From the NCBI GenBank assembly GCA_035221665.1, contig CM069160.1, positions 15,190,001 through 15,254,000 of the forward strand: 64,000 bases of DNA, in the 5' to 3' direction. Positions 26,066 to 39,089 of the stretch are shown here, one piece after another (the stretch's first letter is position 1; every line of letters begins with the position of its first letter). The translations under genes were made by a program, and so were the position numbers. Under the pieces are notes generated by a model. It did not search any database and had not been told where the DNA came from. It saw nothing but the letters and a program-made list of their open reading frames with translations. Source of the stretch: Okamejei kenojei (taxonomy: Eukaryota).

Positions 26066-26153
26066 TCACACGTCCATTCTCAGTCCGGGTCTGGGTTCCT
26101 GCAGCGACCTCAGTTCCTTCTTCCCGGACAGACTGAACTTATTCCACCACAGC
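26066..26153 (-). pseudogene. NLR terminal coding exon
   Basis: gtttcag|G then LWWNKFSLSGKKELRSLQEPRPGLRMDV*; phase matches the preceding LRR exon. Confidence 0.75.
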
Positions 26154-26313
26154 CTGAAACAAGTCGAGGAATAAAGAGGAAATAAACAGATGAAACAACA
26201 GTGTCAATAACAGGGACTGGGGTTAATATTTCAACAACAGTTACAGAACAAAATCACAGGAGAAGCCGGCGGATCCCCTGATATTTTATCACATTAAACA
26301 TTAACACAAACAC

Positions 26314-26481
26314 ACGATCTGCTGCAGACTTGGGTGGTTCAGTATGAGGCGGCAGAGAGCGGGGACAGATCAATCTGTGAGGGAGTTGCGTCCCAGGTCC
26401 AGCTCTGTCAGTGAAGGGTTTGTACTGAGAGCGGAGACGAGATCCTCGGCTCCAGAATCTGTGAGACTGACACGTTGCAGC
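26314..26481 (-). pseudogene. NLR 168-nt ribonuclease-inhibitor-type LRR exon with premature stop
   Basis: LQRVSLTDSGAEDLVSALSTNPSLTELDLGRNSLTD*SVPALCRLILNHPSLQQI; TGA 26370-26372; weak donor GTGTTT. Confidence 0.85.
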
Positions 26482-27941
26482 CTGGAGATGAGTGAGAGTG
26501 AGGGACACATAGAGACAGGAGACGGTGCAAATCCCCAGTGTTTATCAGTGACACAATTACTGATCATATTTTACTTTGGAGGCATTGCGAAGCGATAGGC
26601 AGAGGGAGCCCGCTCCTCCAGCGTAAGTTTAAAAACGGCCCGCAGGTAAGTACTTACCATTCTGAGGTCGTTTGTTTGGCTCTGTGTGCTGTTGTTTTAC
26701 AGAGTGCACCATGGAGTCCAGAAAGTCAAGAAGAGCCGCTACTAAAGTTGCTGCTGAGGAAGGAGGCAGCCAGCGGCGTCCGAGATCTCCTGAGCTGGTG
26801 GTTCAAACCGCAGCCCCCGACTTCACGCCGCTACAGGCCACAGGTGTTCCTGGGACTGGCGGCAAAACAACCCGGAAGTCGGGCAGGTCCGCTGACTCGG
26901 CTGAGTCCGGACTGGAGGACACCCCACTCGCGTGAAGCGACGGCGGTCGACTGTCCCGCATGGAGCGGATGGTGGAGCAATTGCTCCAGCGTGACCTGCT
27001 ACAGCAGGGGCAGAGTCACAGTGGGTCTCCTAGCAGACCCACGGCAGCTTCCTTTTCAGGACTGCCAAATGTCTCACCCTCTTCGCAGGGGAGCATTAGG
27101 AGTCAAAACTGGGCTGACTCTGAAGATGGGGGCATGGCTGAAGATACGACAATGCTAGGGGTGCCAGAAGAGGAGCTTTTGGGTATGGTCACTAAATTTG
27201 CATTGCCTACCCAAAAAGGGCTGCTGTTACATCCTAAGTTGGCAGCCAGTATAAATTACATGGCGACAAACCAACTACAAGAACAAGCCATCAATGATAC
27301 GGCAGCAAAGTACCTAGCTCCGGAGAATTGCATCTCCCTCAATGTGCCTGCTGTTAACAACCCCGTTTGGGGTAACATGAGCCCTGGGATAAGGAGCCAA
27401 GAAGTCAAACTCCTAAAAATCCTTAAACTGCTGGCTGCTGGGATTACGGCAGTTGCCTGAACAGTGGATGGAGTTGATATGCCGGAGGAGCTGCAGGACG
27501 CGCTAGCTCTCTTATGTAACACTCAATATGAGATCAACAGTTACAGGAAGAGCGTCATCCGGACTGCACTCAACCCCAAGTTTGCGGGGTTGTGCAGACC
27601 CAGCAGTGCACAGCCGCCAACATTGCTATTTGGGGACAACCTGCCAAAACAGGTCAAAGACCTCGACGAGGAGGCGAAAGCTATTGGCATGATTAAGATG
27701 CCAGCTGCCACCAAGTCCCCATACCAGTGGCGGCAGCACCCCTATGCATCCACCAGCAGACAACGCTTCGGCGATAGACCAACTGCTGGTGAAAGCTCGA
27801 AGGCCGGACAACCTGCTCAACGTTCTTTTTTAGACCATGGCCCAGCACGGCCTTCTTGGAAGATGCGCCAACCCCACACCACAGCGCCTCCACACCACAA
27901 GAAACAAGGACAGAGGCAACCAACGCAGCACCGCCGGTAAC

Positions 27942-29829
27942 CATGGAGGTAGGTGGGTCTGGTTGCCCCATGAACATCGCATGTCTAGACTCCTCACGGG
28001 TTGGTGGACGGTTGCACTTGTTTTGGGATGCATGGAGCACTTTGACAATTGATCCTTTCATACTGGAAAGTATTCAGGAATATAAAATTGAATTTGTACT
28101 TTCACAGAAAAAAAAGACAGAAGGTCATGCTGAACTTCTAAGACTAAATTCAAAAGGGGTAATTGAGAAAACTAAAACAGAGTCTCATGAGTTCGTATCG
28201 AACATTTTCACTAAAAATAAAAAAGACGGTGGATGCCGCATCATCATTGATTTGACTGAACTGAATACTTTCGTGCAGTATGCCCATTTCAAAATGGAAA
28301 ACTTTGTCACAGCCAAACAACTAATTTCCAATAGGTACTTCATGGCTTGCATCGACCTAAAGGATGCATACTATTCAGTACCAATAGACAAGGATCATCG
28401 CAGATATTTGAAATTTGTCTGGATGGGGCAGCTCTGGCAGCACAAAGCACTACCTAATGGATTGTCATCAGCGCCCAGACTGTTTGCCAAATTATTAAAA
28501 CGAGCTTTAGCATGTCTCAGAAAACAAAATCATATTGTTATGGCTTACCTCGATGATATTTTAATCGTGGGAAAAACTTTGGAGTTGGCCAAACTGGCCA
28601 TCTCAGCCACCGAGCACCTATTTCAAAAGCTGGGATTTGTCATTCATCCAGATAAATCAAAATTGATGCCTTCTACTACTATGAACTATTTGGGTTTCAC
28701 AATTGATTCTGTTCATATGTCTGTCACTTTGCCACCAAACAAAGCGTCAGACTTGATAAAAGCATGCAACAGCCTTACTGGCACCAGGAAACCATCTATT
28801 CGGCAAGTAGCCAGAGTGATTGGGAAGTTAGTGGCTGCCTTTCCAGCCGCACAATTTGGCCCACTACATTACCAAAACCTACAAAGGGCAAAAATAGCAG
28901 CTCTCAAGCACCATGCAGGCCATTTTGACAGGCCAATGCAATTACCAGGGAAAGCGAAATTAGAATTACAATGGTGGATAGACAATGCACGACATTGCTC
29001 TAACCCCATCACTATCATAAATCCCTCGGTTATACTACAAACTGATGCCAGCGCAAAAGCTTGGCGAGCAACTAATACCTCCTCCAGTTGTGGTGGTAGA
29101 TGGAGTGCACATGAATTAACTCTACTTCCGGCACTAGGAATTAATTATCTAGAAATGCTGGGAGCATTTCATGGACTCCGAGCTTACTGTTCGGACATGC
29201 ACCATCTGCAAGTACGTTTACAGATTGACAATACCACTGTGGTGGCTTATATCAATCATATGGGTGCAATAAAGTCGATATCCTGTGACGAATTGGTCAA
29301 TACAATCTGGCACTGGTGCCTAGAAAGGAACATTTGGATATCAGCCACTTACCTTCCAGGTAGGCTAAATACAGTGGCGGACACCAGGTCACGCAAATTT
29401 AATGACAACACCGAATGGATGTTTGACCGAAAAGTGTTTGCCGACATTGTAGTTCGGAATGGAACACCTGATATCGACCTTTTTGCATCCAGACTCAATC
29501 ACCAAATATCAACATATGCTGCATGGGAACCAGACCCTGGGGCAGTAGTGATGGATGCTTTCTCGCTACACTGGGGGGGATTTGTTTTTCTATGCATTTC
29601 CCCCTTCTGCCTCATCAGTCGGATCTTGCAAAAAATTAGACAAGACTCCGCATCGGGTATTCTGGTTGTTCCCGACTGGCCGACTCAACCGTGGTTCCCT
29701 GTGGTACAAGACATGGCCACAGAACCTTGCATCCCAATAAATAAACGTCCGAGTCTATTGGTACACCCTGTGACAGGGGAGAGTCACCCGTGCCATGACC
29801 GGATAAACCTGTTGGTTTGCAGGATTTGA
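27942..29829 (+). CDS. DIRS pol: reverse transcriptase, RNase H and Dam-like methyltransferase remnant
   Basis: IDLKDAYY, LPNGLSSAPRLF, AYLDDIL, QTDAS, INYLE, DNTTVVAYINHMG, DLFASRLN; the YAFPP motif is shifted into another frame (ORF 29555-29740). Confidence 0.85.
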
Positions 29830-30170
29830 AAAGGCCACTTCTGGATTATGGACTCTCCGACCGAACAATTAATGTCATCACAGCATCGTGCAGGGAGTCC
29901 ACCAGTAGACAATACCTCACATACGTGAAGAAATGGGAGGTGTTTTGCTCAAAAACGAACACCACATATGGCACAGCCACCATGACGGAAGTGCTGGAGT
30001 TCCTGGCAAGCCTTCATTTCGATGGGGTTTGAGCTACAGTGCCATCAACTGTGCCAGGAGTGCCCTATCTAACTATCTTGGGCGAGGGTGCGGTGACCTT
30101 GCAGTGGGATCTCACCCTTTGGTGTCAGAATTAATGAGGGGAATATTTAATTCAAATACCCCCAGGCCCA

Positions 30171-33100
30171 TGAACAACGGCAGCTACAGGAACAAATTAG
30201 ACAATTGGATATAGATAATGCTAAAGACCCGTCCATGGATAAACACAATAAAATATTAATACTAAAATTCAAATTAAATAAATTACTATCAGAGAAACTT
30301 ATAAGATTACTCCAAATTACAAGACAGGAACAGTTTGAATTTGGGGAGAAGCCTCACAAACATCTCGCACGCCAATTAAAAAAACGAGAAAAGGAACACA
30401 CGATTTCAAAGATTAAATCAGACAAAGGGGAAGTATTAACATTACCGAATGAAATTAATAATAGATTTGTGCAATTTTATTAGAATTTGTATCCATCCAA
30501 AACGACAACGGACACCAACGTAATCAATGAGTTTCTGGATAATTGCAATCTTCCCAAACTAGAATTGCAGGAACAAGAGGAATTGGGAGCACAAATCTCA
30601 AATAAGGAAATAGAAGAAACAATATTCTCATTAAAAAATGGAAAAACACCAGGTCCCGACGGATTTAGTAATGAATTCTATAAAAGTTTTTACGATATAT
30701 TTAGTCCTCGTCTACAGAAAATGTACACACACGCTTTCAGAGAACAAATATTACCTGATACACTAGCTGAATCTACGATTACATTAATACTTAAGAAAGA
30801 AAAAGATGAGGAAGAACCTGGATCCTATAGAGCTATCGCGTTGTTAAATACAGATAAAAAAATATTAGCAAAAATATTAGCAAGAAGATTAAGTAAGTAC
30901 GCCACTAAACTAATACATCCAGGTCAAAACGGGGTTTATCCCTAAGAGACATTCATTTAATAATTTGAGACGACTGCTTAATATAAAGCACTCACACCAA
31001 ACTAAAGATCCAAATCTCGCAATTATTTCGCAGGATGCAGAGAAAGCATTCGATCAGGTTGAATGGAAGTATATGGTTAAGGTATTGCAAAAATTTCAAC
31101 TGGGAGAGAATTTCATTCAATGGATTAAATTAATATATAATAAGCCAACGGCCAGAATATTAACTAATAATATTTTATCCACGAAATTTCAACTGTCAAG
31201 GGGTAATAGACAAGGTTGTTCATTATCACCATTGTTATTTGCCCTCATAATTGAACCACTAGCGGAAAGTATTAGAACTCATCCGAATATCCACGGATAT
31301 AAGACAAAATATTCATACAATAAATTATCATTATACGCTGATGGTGTACTTTTGTACATCACAAAGCCTCATATCACTATACCCAATTATTTTTAAATTT
31401 AATTGAGGATTTTGGTTCATTTTCAGGTTACAGAATAAACTGGAATAAAAGTGAAATCATGTCAATAAAACCGAAAGATTCTATACATCTCGTACAATTT
31501 CCTTTTAAAATAGCTGGGGGGAAATTTAAATACTTGGGCATTGAAATTACTAGAAGATACCAAGACATGTTTAAAGCAAACTATAACCCTGTACTTAAGA
31601 AATTACATAATTTAATTAAATTCTGGAAAACGCTCCCGATGTCCTTAATAGGTCGAAATAAAATGCCATAAAAATGATTTTTCTACCACAAATTCTATAC
31701 TTGTTCCAATCAATCCCACTATATCTACCCAAAAAGTTTTTTTTTTAAATTGGACTCAGATATTACAAATTTTATTTGGGATTATAAGACCCATAGAATA
31801 CAAAGACCACACCTGAATAAACCCAAAGTAGTAGGGGGATTAGCACTCCCTAATTTTATGTATTATTATTGGTCGGTAAATATTAGAAACATGATTCAAT
31901 TGTTGGATAATGCTCTTCATCAACCGGAATGGATCATTATGGAAAAAGAGGATTGCTCCCATTTAATATTGGTGCAATCCTTCTCTCACCAATGACGGTG
32001 AATAATACAAACTACAACAAAACCCCAATTATACATAGTACAATCAGAATTTGGAAATAAATAAAATACAATTTAAAATTAAGAAACTTATCTCTCCTAT
32101 CTCCTATTGCTAAAAACCCTCTTTTTCAACCCTCGATTATAGACAAAGCATTCATACAATGGGAAAGAGCAGGAATTAAAACTTTGGGAGATTTGTATGA
32201 TACGGGAAAACTATTATCATTTAAACAATTACAACTAAAATACAATCTGGGTAGCAATCAGTATTTTAAATATTTCCAAATATGTGATTATTTGAAAAAA
32301 CACGCACGTGAATTTCACAAAATGCCATTAGACTTACTAGATGAAGTAATGAATACAAAGGCGGAATCACCAAATTTAATTTCACATATATATAATATTA
32401 TACTAAATGCAGTAATACCAACAACGGAAGGTATTAGAGGTGAGTGGGAAAACGAACTAAGCATAAAAATTTCCACTGAAAGGTGGAAAGAATACTTATT
32501 AAATGTGCACAAATGCTCAATTAACGTAAGACACACTTTAATACAATTTAAAATCATACATAGATTATACTACTCAAAAACTAAATTAAATAAATTTTTC
32601 CCTAACGTTTCACCAATTTGTGATAAATGCCATTGTCAAGAACCTACTATAGCGCACTCATTCATCTTTTGTACAAAAATTCAAAAGTTTTGGATTGAAA
32701 TCTTTGAAATTTTCACAAAAGTGTTTAAAATAAAAATGACACCAAAGCCAGAATGAATTATTTTCGGAATGACAGAAGGTAGTTCGGAATTAAAAGCGTA
32801 TCAAAATAATTTATTTGATTACGGCTTAATAATAGGAAAAAAACTCATCTTAAAATTCTGGAAAAATGCTCCTATACCAACATTAAATATGTGGATTTCA
32901 ACTATGTTTGAAACACTACATCTGGAAGATATGAGACTCCACCTGGAAGGAAAATCAGAACGCTTCTATCAGATGTGGTCTGCATTTATAGAATTATTAC
33001 AAAGATAGGGCCTTGGTAGAGGGGGGATGAAAAATTATCGAGTTGGTGGATTCCTTTTGCGTGATATATATATAACATAGTAACTGGCTTTTTTTAAAAT

Positions 33101-33328
33101 TATTTTTAGGGTCTATCTCTTAACCCCCTTTCTCTAATTCTTTGACCAAGGGTTTCTTCTCCCCTTTGGCACGCTCTTTCACTATCACAACTCTCTTCAC
33201 CTATTTCACTCTCTTTCTTTTTATTCTTTTTCTTTAAAAGCCATAAAATTATGGGGTACAATGACTGTAACAATATATATGTGAAGTACATTGATGTATT
33301 TACCTCTAATAAATAAAATTTAAAAAAA
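30171..33328 (+). mobile_element. 5'-truncated L1 nested in the DIRS recombinase
   Basis: TSD AAATACCCCCAGGCCCA at 30154-30170 and 33329-33345; AATAAA plus polyA; GKTPGPDGF, DAEKAFD, C-terminal CDKC..H...C. Confidence 0.92.
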
Positions 33329-33502
33329 AAATACCCCCAGGCCCAGATATTCCCAGACTTGGGATATCAGCATTGTATTAACCATGCTCTGAGGGTGGGC
33401 ACCACTAACGGGTCTTTCATTGGATAAACTGACCTACAAAATGGTTATGCTGATGGCACTCGTAACGGCACAACAGGTCCAGGCCCTACATAAGCTAAGG
33501 AT

Positions 33503-36500
33503 AGAAACATAGAAATTAGGTGCAGGAGTAGGCCATTCAGCCTTCGAGCCTGAACCGCCATTCAATATGATCATGGCTGATCATCCAACTCAGTATCCCG
33601 TACCTGCCTTCTCTCCATACCCTCTGATCCCCTTAGCCACAAGGGCCACATCCAACTCACTCTTAAATATAGCCAATGAACTGGCCTCAACTACCCTCTG
33701 TGGCAGAGAGTTCAAAGACTCACCACTCTCTGTGTGAAAAAAAGTCTTTCTCATCTCGGTCTTAAAGGATTTCCCCCTTTATCCTTAAGCTGTGACCCCT
33801 TGTCCTGGACTTCCCCAACATCGGGAACAATCTTCCTGCATCTAGCCTGTCCAACCCCTTAAGAATTTTGTAAGTTTCTATAAGATCCCCTCTCAATCTC
33901 CTAAATTCCAGAGAGTATAAACCGAGTCTATCCAGTCTTTCTTCATAAGACAGTCCTGACATCCAGGAATCAGTCTGGTGAACCTTCTCTGCACTCCCTC
34001 TATGGCAATAATGTCCTTCCTCAGATTTGGAGACCAAAACTGTACGCAATACTCCAGGTGTGGTCTCACCAAGACCCTGTACAACTGAAGTAGAACCTCC
34101 CTGCTCCTGTACTCAAATCCTTTTACTATGAAAGCTAACATACCATTCGCTTTTTTCACTGCCTGCTGCACCTGCATGCTACTTTCAATGACTGGTGTAC
34201 CATGACACCCAGGTCTCGCTGCATCTCCCCTTTTCCTAATCGGCCACCATTTAAATAATAGTCTGCTTTCCTGTTTTTTGCCACCAAAGTGGATAACCTC
34301 ACATTTATCCACATTATACTGCATCTGCCAAACATTTGCCCACTCACCAGCCTATCCAAGTCACCTTGCAGTCTCCTAGCATCCTCCTCACAGAGAACAC
34401 TGCCCCCAAGCTTAGTGTCATCCGCAAACTTGGAGATATTGCCTTCAATTCCCTCATCCAGATCATTAATATATATTGTAAATAGCTGGGGTCCCAGCAC
34501 TGAGCCCTGCGGTACCCCACTAGTTACTGCCTGCCATTGTGAAAAGGACCCGTTTACTCCTACTCTTTGCTTCCTGTTTGCCAGCCAGTTCTCTATCCAC
34601 ATCAATACTGAACCCCTAATACCGTATGCTTTAAGTTTGTATACTAATCTCTTATGTGGGACCTTGTTGAAAGCCTTCTGGAAGTCCAGATATACCACAT
34701 CCACTGGTTCTCCCTTATCCATGCTACTAGTTACATCCTCGAAAAAATTCCACAAGATTCGTCAGACATGATTTACCTTTTGTAAATCCATGCTGACTTT
34801 GTCCAATGATTTCACCACTTTCCAAATGTGCTGCTATCCCATCTTTAATAACTGACTCTAGCAGTTTCCCCACTACCGATGTTAGACTAACTGGTCTGTA
34901 ATTCCCCGTTTTCTCTCTCCCTCCCTTCTTAAAAAGAGGGGTTACATTTGCTACCCGCCAATCCTCAGGAACTACTCCAGAATCTAAAGAGTTTTGAAAG
35001 ATTATCACTAATGCATCCACTATTTCCTGAGCTACTTCCTTAAGTACTCTGGGATGCAGCCTATCTGGCCCTGGGGATTTATCGGCCTTTAATCTATTCC
35101 AGACATGTCCAAAGTCCGGCCCCCGGGCCAATTGCGGCCCGTGGACAAATTTTTACCGGCCCGCGGCCTCTATCATGAAATCAATAATATGCGGCCCGCC
35201 AGCATGTTGACCACAGTATAAAGTACATGTGTACAAAAAGCTATTTTTCATATTTTTCATTTCACCAGAAGATGGCAGTAGCCCTGTGGCCGCACTCTGG
35301 CCGCCGTGACCCTTGACCTTGCGTGATCGTTTCAGCCCAGCCATTTCTAACATGGCGTCTGTAAACAAAAAAAGGAAAGTTGACCGCGAGGGCCGCCGCT
35401 TCCAGGACAAGTGGAAATTTGAGTATTTTTTCACTGAAATACGAAACAACTGTGTCTGCCTAATTTGCCAAGAGACTGTGGCTGTTTTCAAGGAATTCAA
35501 CATCATTAGGCACTACCAGACGAAACATGCTAGCTACGACAAGCTAACTGGGAACAAACGCGGTGAAAAAGTGAAGCAACTGGAAGCTGTTTTAACGGCA
35601 CAGCAAAAGCTTTTTCACAAGAGTCCGTGAGTCAAATGAAAATGCCACAGAGGCAAGCTACGAAGTGGCAACGCTGATTGCAAAGCACTGCAAACCTTTC
35701 GCATCAAAACCACTGCTCTTGAGCCAGACATGGACTACATACTGCCAGTCAAGATCCCAGTATCACCCTTCACATTAGTGCAGGCAAGACCTTTGTTAAG
35801 TCCTCTGAGTTGAATAAATTCTTAAAATCTCAGTTAATTAATTTTTTGTGATGGTCAAATCACAGTTTGAATATGCAGTGATCATTGTTTTGTTTTCAGC
35901 ACTTTTCCTACAGTGAGCATATAATAGTGAATAATATGTAATGTTTCACATGAACTTAGATATCCTTTATAGTTTTCTTAATTTTTTTGTGGTTTGTGAT
36001 TTCGGTTAAAAACCTAAATGTAAAAAAAAAATGTAAAAGTAAAGTATGCCATTTGTAATTAAAAAAAAATCCCAAAAAGTTAATTTGTATTTAATGTTAA
36101 TGGTTCAAGAATGTCAGGCTAAATAGTCGGCCCCCACACATTTTCACCTTACCAAATCTGGCCCCTCTTTGCAAAAAGTTTGGACACCCTGATCTATTCA
36201 ATTTACCCAACACCACTTCCCGACTGACCTGGATTTCACTCAATTCCTCCTTTGACCCACAGTCCCCTGCTATTTCAGGCAGATTATTTATGTCTTCCTT
36301 AGTGAAGACGGAACCAAAGTAGTTATTCAATTGTTCCGCCATATCCTTGTTCCCCATGATCAACTCACCTGTTTCTGACTGCAAGGGACCTACATTTGTT
36401 TTAACTAACCTCTTTTCTCTTCACATATCTATAAAAATCTTTTGCAGTCAGTTTTTATGTTTCCTGCAGTTTTCTTTCACAATCTATTTTTCCTTTCCTA

Positions 36501-37679
36501 ATTAAGCCCTTTGTCCTCCTCTGCTGGTCTCTGAATTTCTCCCAGTCTCTGGTATGCTGCTTTTTCTGGCTACTTTGTACGCATCATCCTTTGCTTTGAT
36601 ACTATCCCTGATTTCCCTTATTATCCATGGATGCACTAACTTCCCCGATTTATTCTTTTGCCAAACTGGGATGAACAATTTTTGTAGTTCATCCATGCAG
36701 TCTTTAAATGTCTTCCATTGTATATCCACCGTCAACCCTTTTGAATTAATTGCCAGTCAATCTTGGCCAATTCACGTCTCATACCCTCAAAGTTACCTTT
36801 CTTTAAGTTCAGAAGCATTGTTTCTGAATTAACAATGTCACTCTCCATCCTAATGAAGAACTCAACCATATTATGGTCACTCTTGCCCAAGGGGGCACGT
36901 ACAACAAGACGGCTAATTACCCTTCCTCATTACTCAAAACCCAGTCTAAAATAGCCTGCTCTCTCGTTGGTTCCTCTACATGTTGATTTAGATAACTATC
37001 CCGCATACATTCCAAAAAATCCTCTTCCTCAGCACCCCTGCCAATTTGATTAACCCAATCTATATGTAGATTGAAGTCACCCATACATATAAACTGTTTT
37101 GCCTTGTCGTCGCACGCATTTCTAATTTCCTGTTTTGATACCATCCCCAACTTCTCTGCTACTGTTAGGTGGCCTGAACACAACACCCACCAGCGTTTTC
37201 TGCCCCTTAGTGTTTTGTAGCTCTACCCATTACCGATTCCACATCCTCCAAGCTAATGTCCTTCCCTTTCCATTGCGTTAATCTCCTCTCTAACCAGCAA
37301 CGCTACCCCACCTCCTTTTCCTTTCTCTCTATCCCTCCTGAATATTGAATATCCCTGGATGTTCAGCTCCCAGCCTACGTCACCCTGGAGCCATGTCTCC
37401 GTGATTCCCAACTATATCATAATCATTAATATCTATCTGCACGTTCAACTCGTCCACCTTATTACGAATACTCCTTGCATTGAGACACAAAGCCTTCAGG
37501 CTTGTCTTTACAACGGCACTTACCCCTTTATACAATTTTGCTGAAAAGTGGCCCTTTTGATTTTTTGCCCTGGTTTTGTCTGCCTGCCACTTTTACTTTT
37601 CCTTGCTACCTAATGCTTCTACCCTCATTTTTACAAAAAAAAAACCCTCCTGCCTCTCTGCACTTGTACCCATAAGCAT
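33503..37679 (-). mobile_element. CR1 LINE (APE+RT, frameshifted) nested in the DIRS recombinase
   Basis: TSD TACATAAGCTAAGGAT at 33487-33502 and 37680-37695; GDFNLHID, KSPGPD, NYRPVSLTS, KFADDTK. Confidence 0.92.
35100..36191 (+). mobile_element. Internally deleted hAT (Charlie/SPIN, GTF2IRD2-like) transposon nested in CR1
   Basis: 8-bp TSD ATCTATTC at 35092-35099 and 36192-36199; imperfect TIRs CAGACATGTCCAAAGT / AGTTTGGACACCCTG; MASVNKKRKVD..CVCLICQETVAVFKEFNIIRHYQTKH zinc-finger N-terminus. Confidence 0.9.
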
Positions 37680-38723
37680 TACATAAGCTAAGGATGGACG
37701 CCATGAACATATCCAATAGCAAAGTAACTTTCTTTATACAGGGGTTACTCAAGCAAGACAGGCCTGGTATACCTGGCCAAAAATTGGATTTCCTGGCCTA
37801 TCCCGTAGATTGCCGTCTATGTATCATGACCCACATTTTACGCTACATAGAGGTCACTAAGAGTCTCAGGGGCACGGAGAGGGCTTTGCTCATCAGCCAC
37901 AAATGCCCTCACCATAGAGTCACCGTGCAAACCATTTCCAGATGGTTAAGGGTGGTATTGGGTGCAGCGGGGGTGGACACTAATGTGTTTAAATCTCACT
38001 CCACCAGGGCTGCATCCACATCAGTGGCAAGGATGATGGAAGTTCTAATGGACCACATCCTTGCAACAGTGGTTTGGAGTAATGAAAAAACCTTTCAGCT
38101 GTTTTACAATAAACCTGTGGCCGCACCTGAGACATTTGCGGAAAAAATATTAAGTTCTGTTTTATAATTTCCCCGATGTAGGGGCATTATTGTTTGGTAT
38201 TGTGGAATAAATACCTTTTGTTTTTCAGCATAGTTTCATGTCTGAAATACGTTAACATACTCCTCCATTTCTCGTAATGGCAGTGTGTGAGCATGGATTC
38301 GTTCCAGGGCATGAAATCACAGAGCTTTGAAATCTTCACGTAGTCACTCACGTGACTCCGAAGTAAAATAGTAAGATTAAATGAGAACTTACCAGTTTGA
38401 AGTTTGATCTTTATTTTATGAGGAGTTACGATGAGGGATTACGTGCCCTCCGCTCCCAAACCCTCTATTATAAAGGTCAACTGGTATGCTAGTTCTCTTA
38501 TCTTACTATGTTAGTCAACTCTGGTATCTGTGATTTCACAACGTTGCTTTGAAGAATGTCGCGCATGCGTGCTGGCGGGGTCTTCACGTAATCCCTCATC
38601 GTAACTCCTCATAAAATAAAGATCAAACTTCAAACTGGTAAGTTCTCATTTAATCTTACTATTAATGTTCAGTGTCAGACACCCAGTGAGTATAAACACA
38701 AGCTCTCACAGTCTGGGACTTAC

Positions 38724-38810
38724 CCCAGTATCTGTATTTTACAGTTCGAGTTCTTCAGAGCCTCAGACACCAGTTTCCCTCCGGAATCTCCCAGGTCATT
38801 GTGTCCCAGT
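38724..38810 (-). pseudogene. NLR 87-nt LRR exon
   Basis: gtttag|A..LGHNDLGDSGGKLVSEALKNSNCKIQIL GG|gtaagt; phase 2-2. Confidence 0.85.
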
Positions 38811-39089
38811 CTAAACAAAAACAGACAGAGTAATAAAGAAACGGATACAAACCCCGGCGAGGCTGAGATAGATAACTTCTCCCAAATGGATATTTCTGGA
38901 AACACCTCAGCACATTATTGAACAAATCTCTGTGGTTGTGGTGTTTGGTGACTTTCACCATTTATTCTCATTCCCCGACCGGCGACAGGGAAATATTCCC
39001 CGTGCAGAGAGCGGCGGCAGGGCAGCAGGCAACATGCGTGACCCGGGGGAAGGGGTCGACCACCGGTGACCCAGTAAAATAGTAGGGAG

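Larger units (their letters stand above)
26568..38662 (+). mobile_element. DIRS-type tyrosine-recombinase retrotransposon 1 in an NLR intron, carrying nested L1, CR1 and hAT
   Basis: gag 26711-27940, RT-RH-MT 27942-29829, YR in three pieces (29817-30170, 33346-33502, 37694-38167 with HSTRAASTS); ICR and 79-bp inverted repeat 38367-38445 / 38585-38663. Confidence 0.92.

Noticed and set aside
35313-35630. Domesticated GTF2IRD2-like gene
   Set aside because: Bounded by TIRs and an 8-bp TSD, internally deleted and nested in a CR1
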